A stretch of DNA of 64,000 nucleotides from Lingula anatina (Eukaryota; Animalia; Brachiopoda), in assembly GCA_051362555.1 (NCBI GenBank), contig CM120645.1, positions 18,104,001-18,168,000 of the forward strand, in the 5' to 3' direction. Of this stretch, positions 13,185 to 26,185 are shown piece by piece. Position 1 is the first letter of the stretch. Every line of letters starts with the position of its first letter. The notes beneath the pieces are model-generated. The model ran no database searches. It had not been told where the DNA came from and worked only from the letters and a program-made list of their open reading frames with translations. A program made the translations under genes and the position numbers.

Positions 13185-13798
13185 CTAGACTGAAACACAG
13201 ATGTAGGTTTAACGTTTGAAAACCAACCTTATGAGATTTTTGCTCACTTTCACTATTCACAGTTTGGCATATTTTAATTGTGATTTAATAAGTATTTACA
13301 TGGGCCTCAAGTCCTGTGTTTACTACATTTTTATATACACAAGACATGTATTTCTTTATTGAAAACAGGTTATCATGTTGCTGTTAAGCATTTGGTAACA
13401 AAACATAAATATTATACTGTATCAAACATTTTGTGCTCTTCCATTTTTAAATGGCTTCGTTAATTTACCCCCAGTACAGCGATAGTAAACTGTTTTCATG
13501 TCAGGGTTTCCACCATGTGTTATTTATCTGTCTGTACACATGACAGCTTTTCTGCCTTGTCACTGATGTACGTACAGTATGTTCTCAGAAAAAAATCATC
13601 CTCCTTAAGAAGTCCAAATAAACCGGCGTGACGGGAAAAGCACGTTACATACACCTGTAGATTCATGTGTGGACATACAAAGACGTAGATGTCATATACA
13701 GCTACATGTTGATATCATAATGTGGTAGGTACTTATTGCAACAGAGACGATCATATTTTCCTCCAGGTGGCGTTATAGTACTTCCCAGTTTGTCAAAC

Positions 13799-13827
13799 CA
13801 AGGAGTTATAACAGATATAACTCCTTG
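13799..13827. mobile_element. 29-bp hairpin with P-element-like ends (minimal MITE or excision footprint)
   Basis: CAAGGAGTTATA-ACAGA-TATAACTCCTTG flanked by the 7-bp direct repeat GTCAAAC (13792-13798 and 13828-13834). Confidence 0.7.
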
Positions 13828-15819
13828 GTCAAACATGGCGAAAACTGTTCAGATGAAAGCAGTGAACCATTTTAGAATCGCCATTGACCTACATTACATT
13901 ATTTCATTTTAGCTGCTTTCTTCTGGTTTCTTTTTTGGAATATATTTAACACAAATGCACTATATATACATATATATATATATGCATTTTGATTTTAGTA
14001 AATTTTTAATCAAGTTTTGCTTGTCAGATAAGGGTGAGAGTTGAACAGAAAATCTTTAGCCCCTCCGCAATAAAGCAAATTGAACCTACTCTGCGAAGAG
14101 TTGTTACACCTTACGTGATCAGGGAGTGGATGCGAGGCGTTCTGGAAACTAAGTATACGAATATTTATGTTTCAACCAATTCGGTGTAACGTTTCAATGT
14201 ATCAGTGTTAGGGATTTAATGTTCACTTATTTGTAATTAATTTTATAAGAAGTACTGTGACGCGTGCATGTATGAAAATGGCTTGGCCATTCCCCAGTGT
14301 TTCCCCCACAACATTTTGCTTCCTCCATTACTTCACCTTATCACGTCCTATGGAAATGACAATTATTTTGAACTTTGTTAGTAGAAAAGGTATCGTCAGT
14401 TAAAGACGTACCAGGAGTATATTTACAAGAAGCAGACAAAAAAGGGGAAATGCTGTGGAATCTCCCATTTAAATTCCTATTTATTGCAATGTAAATACTT
14501 GTAGTAAGCGGTTGGAGGTCGAAATAAAAAGAGCATAGCAGACAGTAGGTACACTGTATAAGTATTACACTTCCATTTCTAATTTCGGCACGATTTCACT
14601 AGTTCAGTTGTACTATTTCAGTCCGTTGAATATATAAGTTGAACTATACCTACACTGTACTGATTTTTGTATGACGGGAGCTTTAAAAATTGTGGGTTCA
14701 CTGGTCAACCCTTCAAGGCATAGGGGGCGAACTGATAGCACAAAATACTGTTTCAAACAAATGTTAATCGTTCTGTCGATACATTAAGAATAAAGCATTG
14801 GGTATTAGAAACGTGGCATGTTTAAGACTGTGTGGTCGTCAGATACTGGTTTAGTTTATTTCAGTAAAGATATCTGCCCCTTATGCCTTTCAACGTGCTC
14901 TTTTTTCGTAAGACCTTCAAGTTTGCTGGCGTGGCCTTTGTTAAATGGTACTACAATAATGATTACCCTCTACCAGGGCCATAGATTGATTTTTCACTAG
15001 ATACACGTTTTCACAGATATGTCGCTAGTTAAACAATGGGACTTTTCTGTCCTGCGTCAATCAGCGGCCCTGGGAGATTGTTGATTATTATACACGCGAC
15101 CAAGAAAATTTGGAAACGTGAAATTGTTTTTCAGTAATAAAAAATGTGATATGTTGGGAAAATCTTGTTCTAATAAAGATTAACAAATTGTGGTTCATTA
15201 TCCAACAATATTTGGTTAAAATATTTACCGTAACTAAATGTGGTTATTTTATAACTATTCAAAATAACGACGTTTCCGAACTTTTTAGGGCGAAAGTACC
15301 AGCAAGGTAACGAGTGGTGACTTGGCGTTACGTTGTCGTGCGAATAAAGTATGCACAAATATGGAAACTTTTGATCGTCGAGATCATCGTTTTTTTCATA
15401 AGACAAAAGTGAATGTTTTGAAAGATCATTTGGAAGTGTCAATGATTTACTGATGTATTTTCCCAACAGCGATTTTCATGATATGTTCCTTTTTCCACGT
15501 TTTATGCTATGGTAATAATAAATCAAATGAATCATGTAAATGTAGAAATAGCCACAAGTTATTGATCTTATTAGGCAGTGACGCACGCACTTCGTGTAAT
15601 AATTGATGAACTGCTTGATATCTCTTTAATTTGTGTCAATTTCTCAAATTTGTTCTGATTTTTTAAAAATATTTGTAGATATTTATAACACCAAACCATA
15701 AACGAGTAGTTAAATTGACCGTTTATTGGTGAAATGCAATACATGTGTTGTATATGTTACACTTTGGAAAATTTGGCTTTGTCTTACATGCATGTCTTAC
15801 GGATATTCAAAGTGATTAA

Positions 15820-16157
15820 AGGGATAATAACTCTTTGTAAGAGGTCTATATTTCACAATAAAAACATTGTGAATAACTCATAGAAATATAATATATTCTG
15901 TTTTACGACAAAAAACAGCAGTTAAAGCTATTATTCTGATATCCGAGCTTGTCTTCAGACCACGTGACCTCCATTGATGGCTATGCTCTGTTATAATCTC
16001 TTAAGAGATTTTAACAAAAAACCAAACTTTTTAGAAAAAAACCAGGGACTAACTTTGAATGTAAAAATGGATTCATTAACTATTGGTAAGAACGGGAAAA
16101 TTGTTGTTTACTCCAGGAAAATTCATTTTTTGGCCAAAACGAAGAGTTATTATCCCT
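15820..16157. mobile_element. MITE with TTAA TSD and AG...CT ends (Kolobok-like)
   Basis: Perfect 16-bp TIR AGGGATAATAACTCTT / AAGAGTTATTATCCCT, with TTAA at 15816-15819 and 16158-16161. Confidence 0.85.
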
Positions 16158-16534
16158 TTAAGTAGTTATTTAAGTGTTCTTAAACTTGGTAGTTTTACAA
16201 TAAAATACTTAAATATAATTAATACGTAGTTGTTTGGCACTAAATAAAGACTTTCCAAATATACAAAATGTCTTAGTTATTTCTTTCACGGTTGCGTTTC
16301 TCAGCTGTTTCTCTTCTAGGGTTGGGCTTCAAACTTGGCTTACGTTTCTAAAATTTCTTTAATGTATTGGGATTTTTTAGAAGTTAACTTTGGTTACTAC
16401 AATAATTTCATTCACTCAGTGGGTTCGTTTCCTGGTTTGGGAACTTGGAAATCATTGAATACTTTTCAAGGGGCTTTACAGAAATTTCCCTTTGGTTACT
16501 ATAAGAGGAAAGTCTTCACAGGGAGGGTGGGTGG

Positions 16535-16610
16535 GAACACTTAGAGGAATAGGTAACGCGCTTGCCTCAGAGTTAGAAAGTCACAAGTTCGAAACCTGGC
16601 GCTCCTGGGT
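16535..16610 (+). other. Degenerate tRNA-derived (SINE head-like) sequence
   Basis: A-box-like TAGAGGAATAGG and B-box GTTCGAAACC (16587-16596) at tRNA-like spacing. No intact cloverleaf. Confidence 0.35.
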
Positions 16611-19600
16611 CCCAGCAAATTACCTTTTGCAAAAAAATATTCAAATAAGCAAGGTAAACTAATACAAGAGGCTCTCTAGGTAAGACCTGTGCACTGGAGA
16701 AAGAATTCAAGGGAAAGAAGGTGAAAAATGAAAAGGAATTTAACATACAAATATCTGTACATTATTTTCATTATTTATTGTTTCAACAAATTCCAAGTAA
16801 TTTCAACGAAGTTGTATACAAAACAAAATATGTGATGTTGTGTTTTTTTCTATGTTGATACCAGTCATTACAATGGCGTCAAATTTCTAAAAAAAATTCT
16901 ATAAATGATGCTTTTACAAAAAAAATACAAGAAATCTACCAGACAGACTAAGTAACACATATAAAGGATTTTATGCACTTTGGAAATTGCTGCTCAAACA
17001 ACAAATTCTATTTATAACTCTTACCAAAACAAAATTCATATAAAAAATTGACCAGGACTAGTACATGTAGGTAACCTCACGTGCATTCGCACTTATGCAC
17101 ATAATCATTTTTAAGAATCGAGTGTTTTACGTTATTTTGTTTTCATTTCATTACATCCTTAATATTGGTAGGTTAATGGCACGACTTTGAGTGAAAACTT
17201 AAAACACACAAATTAACAATGCTGATAAATTTGGGTGGCCCCAAGAAGGGACAATTTTTATCACGAGGGTAACATGTATTCCCCTACTGCAATAACGAAT
17301 GCGCAGTAATTTCGTGAAAATCCCTATTTCTCTCCTGGTTTCATTTTCTTAACATTGTTTTAGACCCATCCCAGCACAATACATGTGTATCTGTCACTGA
17401 TCAGACAAAATATCAAAACACCGAAACCAAAGTAAGTTCATTCTTAACATGTGTCACAAAAGTATGTCCGCAATTTAAAGAAGGATCGTTTCTTATACAT
17501 GGGCAATTCTGCAATCACGTGGACAAATTTTATCTTTTTCATAACGCTATAATTCCCAAAGCATTATAACTTGAAGTACAGTGTTTGTAAGTTAAATGAA
17601 CAACTTGTTCTTTTCTCAAACTTAACGGTCAATATATGTAACCGTTTGTTTCTCAAAAGTTTCATGTAATAAAGTTGAGATATTTTTCTTCTTGAAATTT
17701 CTCAGAATTCAATTCAATTCAAAATAAATATTTAAAATATCCTCAAATGCACAGCTAAGTGGCCGATTGAAGATTTGCCCACAGAAAAATTTTACCTTCA
17801 ACTAGAAGGAACAGGAACAGTATTCTACCTAAATTCGCCTTATAATGATAATAACTATCATTTTTGTTTTAATCCATCACTTCAGCAAATACTTTTTGAA
17901 TTAAAATTATTTTCTTAAAGGTGAACTCAAAAAAGAACCGTATTTTTGTTTGAGAACTGATGGGTACCTCCCCCTGACACAATAATAAATATACATAATA
18001 AATAAAATACCTTGAAACGATATGAGCTGATAGAGTACTGTACTACAATTTAGAAACAAATCTGTAATATATATCGACGATATCCATTTCTTTCTTTTTC
18101 TCTGATCAGAAGTTTCATTAAAAAATTCTTGCTGCGTGCAACAATTATTTTGATACTCGTTTTATGCAGAATATTATTATCCAAGGCAAAGATTACATTT
18201 CACACCAAATGTCAATCCTGCAAATAAGCTATAAGACAAACTTCAACAAGCGAGACAATCTTGGAATGGGTGCAGGCGATGTCCAACATGAATCTGATGT
18301 CTTTGATCGGCGATGCATCCAATCATCCGGTAAACAGCAGTAGGGAGCCACTGAAATAAACGAAGAAAATCACATTCATGACACGGTTTGATGAAGCAGC
18401 ATGTATATCTTTACAGCATGCTATTTTGGAACACATGCGATTATGTTAACAAAACACTATTGTACCATTTCTATTCTTTTCTACCCTGTGCACACTGTTT
18501 AATGACAACATACTTCTTTGCACACATATGTAAGATGCGGTATGAAAGGAGCTATTTACGAAAATGAAAGTCAGTGAATGAAAACATTTGGCAGATGGGT
18601 CCAATTAGTATAAAATTGACAGTATTAGTATAAAAAAGACATTATATAGGCACGTTTTGACTGACCAAGCCACGTTTTTCAGGCGGAGGGGGCGAGAATA
18701 CGAGGATACATTAGCTGGATTTCGTCTAGTTTCATGCCATGTACAATATTTTTGCGCTTTTGATTTGTTCTTGTTCCTGTTTTGATTAGTTATTTTGTAA
18801 TGGAGAAGGGATACTTCTTAAAGGGAGGGACACCGTGGCCCCGTTCACCACCCCACCCCTCCCCTCCTTAAACTGTCCCGTCGTTTCCAGGAATGTAATG
18901 ACACAATAGTTCAACATCTTATTAATGAATGTGCATTTGTCTGTATAAAGTTTACTTTTATAAACCAGATATTTTGATACTTTGAAGACATGTCAATGAC
19001 CTTGACAATAAAACAATTAAGAGAATGCGGATACCTGCCCAGTCGTCTTACTTGTTGAGGACTTGTTCAGACCTTTTGACAGCTGCAATAAGCCTCTCAC
19101 TTCCTCATTGGCAAGTGCGTTCCTTCCCTGAAACTACAGAAAATAAATCATTCAAACTTTGAGCTGATTTTGAAATTCTAATGGAGAGTGTATTGGACAT
19201 AAGTGCAATGTTCCCATAGTCATAAGAACTAAAATGTCCCTGTGCGAAACGCATCATCTGGGCAATTGTCGTCAACACAAAATACACAACGTTATCTTAT
19301 ATCATCTATGCAATACTACGGCAACTTCCTGCCATTTTCTGTGCTAAATTTTTGGCCTACATGTGGAAATTGCAGCAATATACCAAGGTCTTCTGTCTTC
19401 TCCATCTTCTACTGACCTTGGTCCTACCTGAACACCTATCACCGAAATGCTCACCTGTATTACATAATAATGTACAGGTCACCCGCTTTTTGAACGCAAG
19501 TTTCGATTTAAAATATTTTTTGTTATTTGGTATGGCGCTAGGGGTCCTAATCCCGCGATGGTGATTTAGGCTTTCTACCATCATAATGGCAAAAATAATA

Positions 19601-20719
19601 ATATCTTATCAACCATTAAGTTTGATATCAAATAATTTGGCTATGTTTCACCCCCCCCCCCCCCAAAAAAAAAAGTCACCTGTACCGATTGTGTTAGAGA
19701 AGACAAGATGCGTTTTTTGTTAACCCGATTTGTATAGAACGTTAAAATTAGTGACAGCGTTCATTAGGACCTAGAGTGAGTACAGCTTAGATAACTAGAG
19801 TTCTCACAGCTAGGATTGACTTAACAGATGTGTTTTATAAAGTACATAAAAAACTAATACTAACTCAGACTAGGTGTAAATGTTCTCACCTCCCTCGGGA
19901 GGATACAGCCCAGAGAGAGTACCATTGAGTGATTACAATTCACGGGAAATAAAATTATCAATTCACAAATCACAGTAAATAAAACTTAATTCAAATTGCA
20001 CTGAAAATGCGCGTCAAAAATCACGAATCACCGGTTATAACGACTTTCTTTCACGAATAACGGAGAAAAAAGTCACGAGTCAAAGGAATGGGGTGCTTCA
20101 TGCTAAATAAAATGAGCGTTTCTCGAATCTTGGGCAGTAAATAGTGGCTTTCACAGGTAAGGAAAATACCCAGCCTAGTTTTTTTCAATCTTATCACTGG
20201 TCCATACATTCAAATTAGCGACACATAGAAGGAATGACAGTAAATAAAAATATGCTTTATGAAGTTTCAAAAAATTTCAAACTTAGCAAGTACTGCTAAA
20301 TTTATTACTGGAAATTGTTGTTGATTACTTTCATCTACATGACTTTATTCTTTTTCCTGTCACAAGAGACAGTCTTTCAAGAATACACCTGTAAAGTTCT
20401 ATTTTGTTCCTGTTATTTGAAAGCATTTCCCCTGAGGAAATGTAATCTCCTTCCTCTTTTTCCGAAAAATTTTTTAAAAAATTTAAAGAAGTTCCACTAT
20501 GCATTCATTCCGGAATTTCTTCAAGTAATGTTGTTTTGAAGATGACACCTAGCTCCATCACCCCATATTTTCCTCCCTATTGTTTCTTTCTACACTGAAG
20601 GGGGGGGGGAGGATGTTTCCACATTTCTTTGTACATGGTATTCAATACTGGAAAATTTAACTTGAAAAGTGTTCTTAATTGTTTACACCTACATCTGTAT
20701 ATGGCTTCATTCTTTGTTT

Positions 20720-20960
20720 TTTCCTGTCACAAGGGGCAATCTTTCAAGAATATATCTGTAACAGTTTGTTTCTGTTATTTGAAAGCATTATCCCCTAGGA
20801 AATATAATTGTTCTTCCTCTTTTTACAAAATCTGTAATTTCCTGTCACAAGGGGCAATCTTTCAAGAATATATCTGTAACAGTTTGTTTCTGTTATTTGA
20901 AAGCATTATCCCCTAGGAAATATAATTGTTCTTCCTCTTTTTACAAAATCTGTAATTTTT
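20720..20960. repeat. Local tandem duplication of a ~120-bp unit, with a diverged third copy at ~20355-20465
   Basis: ttcctgtcacaaggggcaatctttcaagaatatatctgtaacag...ttttacaaaatctgtaatt occurs twice head-to-tail. Confidence 0.9.
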
Positions 20961-21026
20961 TTTAAAAGAAATTGTTGAGAACAGAGAATTCTGAAAAGTT
21001 CTTATGTACTGTAGCTGCTGTCATGG

Positions 21027-21149
21027 TACCCTCTACCAGTCGACAGATTGTTTTTTCACAGATAATCACAAATGTCTCAAGATAAATAGTCATTTTGGTC
21101 TGGATTTTCCCGTTTTTCCCTATATAATCTGCCACCCTGGTAGAGGGTA
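21027..21149. mobile_element. Small MITE with 9-bp TSD (AcademH- or MuDR-like)
   Basis: TIR TACCCTCTACCAG / CTGGTAGAGGGTA, with direct repeat CTGTCATGG at 21018-21026 and 21150-21158. Confidence 0.75.
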
Positions 21150-21290
21150 CTGTCATGGTATCTTTCTCTTATTAACCTATTTGGGGGCTAGGGACAATAA
21201 TCTAACCAAACCGAAATGGTGCATACCGTAACCTGTTGCGTGGCGTTCGATGTTAATACTTAATAAAAAAAAGCCACTATGTATCTTCTT

Positions 21291-21550
21291 CAGGGGCGGA
21301 TCCAGGATTATTTTAAGGGGGGGGGGGGTCCGGTTTGCAGGACTGACAGGCCGCGGATGCTTTGGCGTGGGACTCGGGGCCCGCCGTAAAAAATTGGTAT
21401 TTTAGAGGGCGAACGGTGCCTTTCGGTACTGTTTAGAACTATGATTCAGTAAGTCAAAATTCCAATTTCAAGTGGGTCCATTGGTGTGGTTTTTTTCAGA
21501 AATCGAAGGGAGGTCACGACCCCCTGACACCCCCCGTAAAAGCGCCACTG
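21291..21550. mobile_element. hAT-like MITE (CAGGGGCGGA...GCGCCACTG)
   Basis: Imperfect CAG...CTG TIRs with G/C runs and a partial flanking duplication TTCTT. Related end fragments lie at ~33560-33725, 42581 and 44900-45022. Confidence 0.6.
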
Positions 21551-21612
21551 TTCTTAAACAGCATTTTTACTTGATATTATTATTAGATTATATTTTTTCC
21601 ATATTATTTCAG

Positions 21613-21615
<3 letters not shown>

Positions 21616-21660
<45 letters not shown>

Positions 21661-21665
21661 AATAA
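21616..21665. repeat. (AAT)n microsatellite
   Basis: Read directly from the sequence. Confidence 0.95.
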
Positions 21666-21779
21666 ATAGATATGTGCTTGGCACATAGATCAATCGAGTG
21701 TGACTCATTATATAAGATATTAATTACATTAAGAAGAGTTTGATGAGTTCGATTTTAGTTTTCATCATCAATATCAAGA

Positions 21780-24700
21780 TCTAATTGTAAAAAAATTTTC
21801 CGCATGCTGATGCAAATATCCCAGCGAATAACCAAGATTCCAGCAACCTCGAAGTTGTAGGTGATGAACAGACTCCCCAGATCAAACCCGTCACCTCTGC
21901 CGATGCAAGCACAACCTGGCGCGCAAGGCTGCTATAAAACTAGTGGTCGGTGTTCAATCCTCGTGTAACAATGTAAATATTTTTGTTGGTAATGTGTCCC
22001 CTGTAAATGATGTTTATGATATGGTAGCTCGTGTTTCAAGCATCGGGATCGACGGGGTTTCCTGCAGACTGGTGTCTGAGAAGTACGGTAAAAAATCTTT
22101 CGTCATTAAGATACCAGCAGTGTATAAAAAGCTTGTTTTGAACACTGACAACTGGAATGACAATATATCCAGACCTTTCGTAACAATAATGCAACAAGAC
22201 CCCCCACCCACACACGAAGGGATAACCGTAAGCACCCAAACGTCAGGCCAGGGAGGCATGGCGGTGACTACAGCGTCTCACAAAGCCACTACTCGGGCTA
22301 CACGGGCAACGTAATTCACCCGACACCTACCACCGCTATTATAGAGAGGACAGCAGGAGACGGTCCGACGAGTGGGAGACGACACACCGATACAACTACG
22401 GCAACGGAAGGGACTACGACAAATATAAGGAGAGATCACATAGGTACAAATCTCACGGGAGACAGCAATCCTCACGATATGCGAGAAACTAATTCTACTA
22501 AAAGTAATGTTGGGTCACAAAAATTGAAAATATACAACAGATTATTGTCGAGAGTTTTAACTGTAAGGTCCTGAAGAGCTCAGTTGATTACTTACAAGAT
22601 AGGTTAGAGTCTTGTGACATACTATGCCTATCTGAAACCTGGCTAAGGCCACATGGAATCTCTCTCCTCCTAACTCCAGGTACATTCAAAACTTATGGGA
22701 AAAGTGCAATGGGAGAGCTAGACTTTCCTTACTCTGGCCGACCCTTTGGTGGTGTATCTTTAATCGCGAGACAGATGTCAAACGTTGCGATAAGTGAACT
22801 GGTAGTTGATAGTAAAAAAATATGTGCTATTAGAGTTTTTGATTCCACCGGTAATATAGTTCTAGTAGCGGCACCAGTTTATATGCCATGCTTTGAATGT
22901 GGTAATGGGACTAGTACAGAGGAGTATATAGATACCATCACCTGCCTTCATTCTCTAATAGAAAAATATGCATCATCTGCGCCCACTGTGCTCTGTGGTG
23001 ACCTTAATGCCCAGCTGCCCACAGATAAGGACATGTACTTACGATGGTACAAGGACAAACGCTTTAATGACTACAGTGGTATATTACACGACTTCATCCT
23101 GGAAAATTGTCTCACACCTGCGGACTTGTTTTTGACCCAAGCGCTTAAAGGGGAATACAACTTTCTGGGGTACTAAATTCAATAAAATCCGACCCCCCCC
23201 CTCTTCTCTCTAGATCTGCCCATCACGTTTTACCCACTGTAAGCGTAAGCCTAATTTTAGGGGGGTGATTATCCTGTGATGACGTCATTGTATTCCCCTT
23301 TAATTACACTTACTTTTGTACCCCGAGGGATGTCTATTCGTGGATAGACCACATTCTAGTATCAGCGTCAGGCATGGAAGACGTGACCACATGTAAAATC
23401 ATAGGCACTGATCAGGGAAATTTATCTGACCACCTACCCCTCCGTTTGTGTATTAAGATGATGATTAATGGATCCACAACCCCCGTGACCGGCGCAGCCA
23501 AACACCATACCCTCAATTGGAACAATGGCTCTAATAATGCAGCATATTTTCAGATAGTAAATGTAAAAAAATTGAACAGCTGCCTGTAAAGTTGCAGGCG
23601 TTTGAATCGCTACAGAGAACGAGATCAACGGTGTACTGACCGGCCTAAGCAACATTTTCCGTGAAGCAGCTAGAGAGGCTGGATGCGCAGTACACAATAA
23701 ATCTTCACTCAGGATCAACTACGAGAAAAGAAAAAACTCTGGTGGCATATCTGGACGTCAAATGGCCGTCCTCGGAAAGGCGTAATTTATGACTGTTATA
23801 AAAACGCTAAACGTTTGTTCAGAAGCTTCAACTCTGAAATTAATGAAATGAATTATCTATTTTATGCCAGGAACAAAAATAGCTAAGGAGGAGGGACTCT
23901 GTAAAGCCAAATTCGAACTGCTACTCAATTTGCCGAATCTTACAAAGGGATTGTGACGGACAGTGAGGACCTGAGCTCAGAGCAAGCTCATGTCTCTTCG
24001 GTTGTTGAGACGCGCTACAAATCATTACTTGGTTCTCGGCTGACTGCAATTTAGCGTGAACCCCAAGGGAGTTAGGTCGATCTAAATCTAAATCTCTGGA
24101 TTGATCTAAATCTCTGGAAATGCACCCTAAAAGCCTGGTCTAAACCCAAACCATTCGGAGAACTACCGGCCAATCACCGCCAGCACTACGTACTCGAAAC
24201 TTATTGAGTCCATAATCCTCTCCAGTGTGCCCTATACCCAGTTTGGGTCAAAGGAAGGGATAGGAACGGACGTCGCTTGCAGCTTCTTAAATGATATTAT
24301 GTGCACTGTGAAAGACGGTGACTCGCCCTTATACATGTATATGTGCAACCTCAACGCCGAAAAATGCTTCGATATGATTTGGCACAATGGACTATTCTAT
24401 AAACTGTTTGATGTTCTCCCCGATTCGCATTGGTTATATCTTTATAAATTGTATAAGAGTTTAAGTGCTTCAATAAGGTGGGGAGGCTCATATAGTGCTA
24501 ATTTTAAAATTATCCGGGGAACAAGGCAGGGTAGTATTTTATCCCCGATCCTTTTTAACATTTTATTGACGAGCTGCTGAAGGAATTATCCTCTACAAAC
24601 GCTGGTGTTCTGATTGGAAATACCTTATACACGTATAATAATATTATCGATGCTGATGACTTAACAATTTTTTCTACATCTGTTACTGGACTTCAAGCGC

Positions 24701-25563
24701 TGGTTGATGTCTGTCATGACTTCTCCCTGATCTGGAGAATGAAATTTAGTCTTAATAAATCAAAATGTATGACGGTGGGAAAAGCCTTATTGAAAACACC
24801 TCCTTCCTGGTTCTTAGGTTGATATCCTATGGAAATGACGGACTCTTTAAATATTCTGGGTGTGACGTTTAATAGCAACTGCACGGCGGATGACCACACG
24901 GCTGTTAGAATTGGTTCTGCAACCAAGGCATATTATGGTGCAATGTCGCATGGGGTGTGCTATAAGAGTCTGGACACAAGACACAAAACCCAAATCGTAT
25001 ATATTGGGTGCACTGGTGTCCCCCGTTATAACCTACGGAAGTAACTCTATCTGTATGTCTCGTAATAATATAAAGGACCTGGATACATTACAAAACAAAC
25101 AGGTCACAAGATTCATGGGTTTATCTTCGCGATCTCATACCTCTGCTCTCCTAGAAGTCAAACATATTCCGAAAATTAGTTATACTATATCTAGAAATGT
25201 AGAATCAGTATACCGCTGGGTAATGAGCATTGACACGCCATATCTTAATCTCTTAATTCATTAACTGTCTCATTTTATGCTTAATCGTTCCATAGTGAAG
25301 GGGTCGTTGCTCCAGAGGATTGTCGCTAGTGGCACGAACCCGATCTTATGTTTGAGTGGGTCGGGAATTCGAAATGCTGTCCCAGACCTGCATGCACCGA
25401 CAGGGCTGTTTGTTTCGCTGAAATTCTTAGTAGGCCCCTACACAGCCCCTGCTATCAGAACAGACTCTCAAAAGAATAGATGTTGGCGGAATTGCTCTTA
25501 AAATCGTTTTAGCTACTGTTCTGTATATATACAATTAAAATAAATAAATAAATAAATAAATAA
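21780..25563 (+). mobile_element. Decayed non-LTR retrotransposon (ORF1 remnant + APE endonuclease + RT; RTE-X/CR1-group-like) with (TAAA)n tail
   Basis: ORF1-like IFVGNVSP...KSFVIKIP...NW. Endonuclease motifs LCLSETWL, GRPFGGV, CGDLNA, SWIDHI and SDHLPL. RT motifs QFG, AEKCFD, RGTRQGSILSP and (Y)ADD-like. Many stops and frameshifts; tail at 25537-25563. Confidence 0.9.
23149..23299. mobile_element. 151-bp Kolobok-like MITE inserted in the LINE endonuclease
   Basis: TIR AGGGGAATACAA / TTGTATTCCCCT with TTAA TSD (23145-23148 and 23300-23303). Removing it restores the frame TQALNYTYFCTPRDVYSWIDHI. Confidence 0.9.
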
Positions 25564-25565
25564 AC

Positions 25566-26185
25566 AAGAGACATGTAATAACCCCGTCTCCGAGTTTCAC
25601 GGGCATACCCAGAAGGTATGCCCGATCGTCAGGAGGTTTATTTGAAAATGGTTTTATTAGCCGTTTTTACGTACACGGCGTGACGACACTTACGTCGCAC
25701 GCCGTGTTAGTTACGTCACCTTATGCCGACACATGGTAATTATTTCAGTTCTTTTATTTCTAATAGGTGTTATCATTATTAACAGTTTTTCGTCCAGGCA
25801 AAGGTTGCATAGGAGCTGATTTCTCCTTTGCGTCGTTGATTTCTTTATGATGTCCCATCTAATGCCATACTGGGTTTTATTTTCTTTTAATTTCCAAATG
25901 TATTTAGATAACTCAGTTTCTACAGCATATTTTTTGTCCCTAAATGACTTAGTGTGCTTATTATATCTCAACTTAAATTGCCCACCACAAAGGCCTATAT
26001 ATTTCATGCATTTGCTCTTTGTAATAACTGTTGCTTGGTACACAATGTTGCTAGACAAACATTCCCCTCTCAAAGGACACTTGCTTGGTAATCTACAATT
26101 ACATTTCTTATCTTGAGTGTCGTCACGCCGTGAACGTAAATACGGCTAATAAAACCATTTTCAAATAAACCTCCTGACGATCACG
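25566..26185 (-). mobile_element. Penelope-like element 3' fragment: GIY-YIG endonuclease C-terminus between inverted pseudo-LTR segments
   Basis: ORF 25711-26073 has CL...IVYQATV...YIGL...FKLRYNKH..SF...ELSKYIW.LK...CNLCLDEK...NKR.E...CRH. Segment 25624-25690 is the reverse complement of 26116-26182. Confidence 0.9.
25576..25640 (-). ncRNA. Minimal type I hammerhead ribozyme motif, probably degenerate
   Basis: Minus strand reads AACCUC-CUGACGA-U-CGGGCAUACC(UUCUG)GGUAUGCCCG-U-GAAA-CUCGGAGAC-GGGGUU. Core boxes, a 10-bp stem II and stem I are present, but the cleavage triplet is GAC instead of GUC. Confidence 0.7.

Noticed and set aside
16535-16610. Functional tRNA gene
   Set aside because: A and B boxes are visible, but acceptor and anticodon stems cannot be formed convincingly.
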